Assembly: GCA_045046875.1 (NCBI GenBank)
Contig: JASFYY010000062.1
Location: 1 to 26,528, forward strand
DNA from: Verrucomicrobiota bacterium
GTDB lineage: Bacteria > Verrucomicrobiota > Verrucomicrobiia > Verrucomicrobiales > DEV007
Reading direction: 5' to 3'
DNA length: 26,528 nt
Shown here: positions 23,698-26,528 of the stretch, in pieces
How positions within the stretch are numbered: the first letter of the stretch is position 1
How the letters are laid out: each line of letters opens with the position of its first letter
The notes under the pieces: generated by a model
Database searches by the model: none
The model's input: only the letters and a program-made list of their open reading frames with translations
What the model was told of the DNA's origin: nothing
Made by a program: the position numbers and the translations under genes

Positions 23698-24576
23698 ATG
23701 GCTGAAGTAACACTCGAATTGATCAAACGACTACGTGAAAAAACCAACGTAGGAATGATGAACTGTAAAGGAGCTCTCCAGGAAGCCGACGGCGACCTCG
23801 AAGCAGCTGAAATTATCTTGCGCAAAAAAGGCATGGCCGCTGCTGATAAAAAAGCATCGCGCACCACGACCGAGGGCATAGTCGCTACATCGATCGCCGA
23901 CGACGCTAAGTCCGGCGTCATGATTGAAGTGAGTTGTGAGACGGACTTTCTGTCGAAAAACGATGACTTCCGCTCGTTTGTGGCAGAGCTTTTGGGTTTT
24001 GCCTCGGAGACGGGTTCAGCGGATTCGCTGGAAGCTTACCTTGCTCTCAGCCCCGGTAATGAGGGCAGCATCGAAGAGATTGTGAAAGCCAAAGTTGGCT
24101 CGGTGGGGGAAAACATGGGCGTTGGAAACATCGTGCGTTATGAGGTTGCCGGAAACGGTGTGGTGGGTTCTTACATCCACATGGATGGCAAAATCGGGGT
24201 ATTGATCGAACTGGGATGCCAGTCGGCTGATACTGAGAAAAACGAAGCTTTCTCCGCACTGGCGAAAGATATTTGCCTGCACATTGCAGCAGCTCACCCT
24301 ATTTGTTTGAATCGCGATGAAGTTCCTGCCGACGTGGTCGAGAAGGAAAAAGACGTTTACCGCGATCAAGTCAAAGGCAAGCCTGAAAACATCATTGATA
24401 AAATCGTCGAGGGCAAACTCGATAAATTTTACAGCGGTTCTTGTTTGTTGGAGCAGGCTTTCATCAAAGACTCTGACAAAACGATCAAAGAGCTGCTGGC
24501 AAGCAGTTCTGCCGATTTTGGCGATGAGCTTGAAATTCGCCGTTTCTCCAGATTCGCCATTGGCGCAGCTGGTTAA
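23698..24576 (+). CDS. tsf: Elongation factor Ts
   Basis: 'IKRLREKTNVGMMNCKGAL', 'EVSCETDF', 'YIH', 'KPENIIDKIVEGK', 'CLLEQAFIKD'. Confidence 0.98.
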   Translation: MAEVTLELIKRLREKTNVGMMNCKGALQEADGDLEAAEIILRKKGMAAADKKASRTTTEGIVATSIADDAKSGVMIEVSCETDFLSKNDDFRSFVAELLGFASETGSADSLEAYLALSPGNEGSIEEIVKAKVGSVGENMGVGNIVRYEVAGNGVVGSYIHMDGKIGVLIELGCQSADTEKNEAFSALAKDICLHIAAAHPICLNRDEVPADVVEKEKDVYRDQVKGKPENIIDKIVEGKLDKFYSGSCLLEQAFIKDSDKTIKELLASSSADFGDELEIRRFSRFAIGAAG

Positions 24577-24601
24577 CATTATCGTTATTAAATTGATTTC
24601 T

Positions 24602-24631
24602 AACGGACACCCCCGGGTGTCCGTTTTTTTT
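24602..24631 (+). terminator. Intrinsic terminator after tsf
   Basis: Perfect inverted repeat AACGGACACC/GGTGTCCGTT around a 4-nt loop, running into a long T tract. Confidence 0.92.
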
Positions 24632-24776
24632 GCCGCTGCTCAAAAAGCGGAGTGAGCTTGAAAAAGGTGGTCAAACGAGCGCGGATTTAGTAAGCTGTTC
24701 AGTGGAGCTGGAGGGGCATGCTTGTTAGATGAAGGTTTCCCGCAGCTTCGAAAATAAACCCTTACCCGTGGATCCC

Positions 24777-25028
24777 ATGACGATTGAAACGATAAATACA
24801 CTTGGTGAACTTTTTGGCTGGATCAGCCTCATTAACATGAGCCTGCTGTTATTATCCACCGTCTTGCTTTTTTCCTTGAAACCGGTGGTGGTTAAAATGC
24901 ACAGCAAGATGTTTGGTCTCGATGGAAAAGACCTGAACCGTGCTTATTTTCAGTATTTGGCTCAGTTTAAGATCTTGATCATCGTTTTTAATGTCACCCC
25001 CTATATCGCCCTGAAATTGATGGGGTGA
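24777..25028 (+). CDS. Small two-TM membrane protein, DUF6868-like (83 aa)
   Basis: 'FGWISLINMSLLL', 'MHSKMFGL', 'YFQYLAQFKILIIVFNVTPYIAL'; family recognised from memory; ATG 24777 preferred over 24729. Confidence 0.7.
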   Translation: MTIETINTLGELFGWISLINMSLLLLSTVLLFSLKPVVVKMHSKMFGLDGKDLNRAYFQYLAQFKILIIVFNVTPYIALKLMG

Positions 25029-25065
25029 GCGGCGCTTTTTTCTCCAAGCTCACTATTTGTTGTTC

Positions 25066-25569
25066 ATGGGGACTCTCCTCGCCATTCTTTTTGCCCTCGT
25101 TGCCTTTTTTGTGCTGGCTCTGTTGGTGCTCACTTTTAGGGAGGTGCTGTGTTTGCTCAGTTATTTGTGGCGGCGAATGTTGTGGGTGGCGGTTTATATA
25201 TTGCTGGGGCTGGCAGCGTATTTGGCAGCCAAGCGTTATCTCGATCCGATGTCATCTGCAGCGGTTGGGATTCTGAGCGTGTTCACTTTAAACGCCTTTG
25301 CTTACCAGGCTTATCGAAGGCGTTATCAGGAAATGCTCGCACAGAGCGGGCTGGGTGATAGCCGCCGCATCAGTCGCAAGAAACTACTCGAAGTCTATCG
25401 GCTGGGGGGCAATTCCACCGACTATTGCGAAATCTGCGGGGAAGGTGGTTTGACTTTGGACATCCATCACAAACTGCCATTGTCCGAAGGCGGTAATAAT
25501 GAATTTTCAAACCTGAAGTTGCTCTGCCCCAATTGCCATCGCCGTGAACATGATGAAATGAGGCGGTGA
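25066..25569 (+). CDS. HNH endonuclease with three N-terminal transmembrane helices
   Basis: CEIC ... 'LDIHHKLPLSEGGNNEFSNLKLLCPNCH' is a complete Zn-binding HNH motif; three hydrophobic segments in the first ~80 aa; ATG 25066 (or TTG 25057). Confidence 0.88.
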   Translation: MGTLLAILFALVAFFVLALLVLTFREVLCLLSYLWRRMLWVAVYILLGLAAYLAAKRYLDPMSSAAVGILSVFTLNAFAYQAYRRRYQEMLAQSGLGDSRRISRKKLLEVYRLGGNSTDYCEICGEGGLTLDIHHKLPLSEGGNNEFSNLKLLCPNCHRREHDEMRR

Positions 25570-25585
25570 GGTTAGAGCCATGACC

Positions 25586-25864
25586 CCAATGGCACTTGGT
25601 TAAGCTACTATGTCGGCTTTTTATTTTTGCATCACACTACACGAAAAAAAATATTCCAACCACTGATCACACTGATTTTCACTGATAAAGAGGAAGAAAT
25701 AAGTCGTGAAAATATTATGAATCAGTGTTTCTTAGTGTTCATCAGTGGTTCAATTCTTCAAATTTTAAAAAATGGAATGTAGTGTGATTACGGATGTGAG
25801 TCGGCTAATGTAGGGAGCGGTTTACTAAAAAACACGGGGAGATCACTTAACAAAGTGCCATTGG
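25586..25864. mobile_element. Non-coding 279-bp MITE/REPIN-like element of nested inverted repeats
   Basis: Outer IR 25586-25604 / 25846-25864 (18 of 19 match); middle IR 25631-25641 / 25778-25788 (11 of 11); inner IR of tandem CACTGAT-like units 25658-25686 / 25721-25750. The repeats are certain; mobility is inferred. Confidence 0.6.
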
Positions 25865-26000
25865 AGCGAATGCCATTGGGGTGTGACCCTTGATATAAAA
25901 ATAGGGGTATAAAATCGCCGCCGGGCTCAAAGACAAATTGCGTGGATGAACGCGGATAAGAATGCCGGGGGGATGTTTCATCCCCTCTATTTTTAGAAAT

Positions 26001-26042
26001 ATCAGCTCAAAGAATCAGCTCTAATTTTGGTGTTGAGCTGAT
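26001..26042. repeat. Perfect 10-bp inverted repeat with an internal extra half copy
   Basis: ATCAGCTCAA (26001-26010) / TTGAGCTGAT (26033-26042); ATCAGCTC repeated at 26014-26021. Confidence 0.75.
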
Positions 26043-26066
26043 CAACTTTCCCTATTTTTTCTCTTC

Positions 26067-26097
26067 ATTAGTGTGTATTGGTGTTCATTAGTGGTTC
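26067..26097. repeat. Second copy of the 10-bp-period repeat arm
   Basis: ATTAGTGTGTATTGGTGTTCATTAGTGGTTC matches 25721-25751 at 26 of 31 positions. Confidence 0.85.
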
Positions 26098-26121
26098 TTT
26101 TTTTCTTCGAATACACACGAC

Positions 26122-26528
26122 ATGATATACCAGGGTAATATACGTAAAATGAAGGCCTCTTTGCCGCAGCAGGGGGAGGTTGCTTACCGCTTGCCCTTGT
26201 ATGATGTGCTCGAGCCGGGCTGTGAGGTGGATATGAATGATTTGATCGGTGGCACGATACGAATCGAGTTTCAAAATCAGATCAACTGTGTGGTATCGGG
26301 AAAGCGGATCAATAAGGCCTTCGGTGATGGCATGAGCTATGACGCATTCATGAATTCGCCGATGGCGGTGCCGAGCATCATTCGCCCGGAGCTGAGCCTC
26401 ATTCACGAGGGCATTGCCTTGCGCGATGCGGAATGGGAGCGCGAACATCATCTCAAACCCCACGTGGTGTATTTATCCAAGACCAGTGGGGTGAAGGTAG
26501 GGGTGACACGCGACACCCAGATCCCCAC
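26122..26528 (+). CDS. DUF2797-like protein, 5' part (runs off the window; not in the ORF track)
   Basis: Manual translation is open from ATG 26122 to the end: MIYQGNIRKMKASL...VAYRLPL...MNDLIGGTIRIEFQNQINCVVSGK...IIRPELS...EWEREHHLKPHVVYLSKTSGVKVGVTRDTQIP; 'PHxVYL...KVGVTRxTQIP' is recognised as the DUF2797 signature. Confidence 0.85.
   Translation, partial: MIYQGNIRKMKASLPQQGEVAYRLPLYDVLEPGCEVDMNDLIGGTIRIEFQNQINCVVSGKRINKAFGDGMSYDAFMNSPMAVPSIIRPELSLIHEGIALRDAEWEREHHLKPHVVYLSKTSGVKVGVTRDTQIP

Noticed and set aside
24598..24730. Integron attC site (TCTAAC ... GTTAGAT) ahead of the small accessory genes
   Set aside because: L boxes do not pair convincingly, the left half is fully explained by the tsf terminator, there is no matching site after the next gene and no integrase in the window.
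25658..25751. CRISPR array
   Set aside because: Units are 9-10 bp, contiguous and inverted, with no unique spacers and no cas genes.
26068..26463. 131-aa minus-strand ORF
   Set aside because: Antisense to the DUF2797-like gene; its C-terminus is just translated repeat sequence.

Overview
Mostly core-genome window from a bacterium that looks like a member of the Verrucomicrobiota (PVC group). This is inferred from RpoB 'DRRRRRRKF', SecE 'ELQKATWPWDPKE' and the tRNA-Thr-tuf-tRNA-Trp-secE layout, not from a database search. All real genes are on the + strand. In order: the end of the complex I operon (nuoK-L-M-N); a three-gene cluster (membrane-anchored thioredoxin-fold protein with both catalytic Cys lost, a 713-aa Zn-ribbon/tandem-repeat/TM protein, a small phosphoglycosyl transferase); tRNA-Thr(GGT)-tuf-tRNA-Trp(CCA)-secE-nusG-rplK-rplA-rplJ-rplL-rpoB-rpoC, followed directly by rpsB-tsf. 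An accessory tail after the tsf terminator holds a small membrane protein (DUF6868-like), a 3-TM membrane-anchored HNH nuclease, about 550 bp of nested inverted repeats, and the 5' part of a Cys-depleted DUF2797-like gene missing from the ORF track. The best leads are the membrane-tethered HNH module, the nested inverted-repeat element with recombination-site-like ends, the acidic-Thr repeat array in the 713-aa protein, and a double three-way-junction RNA in front of rplL where the usual L10 leader is absent. None of these can be shown to be novel without searches.
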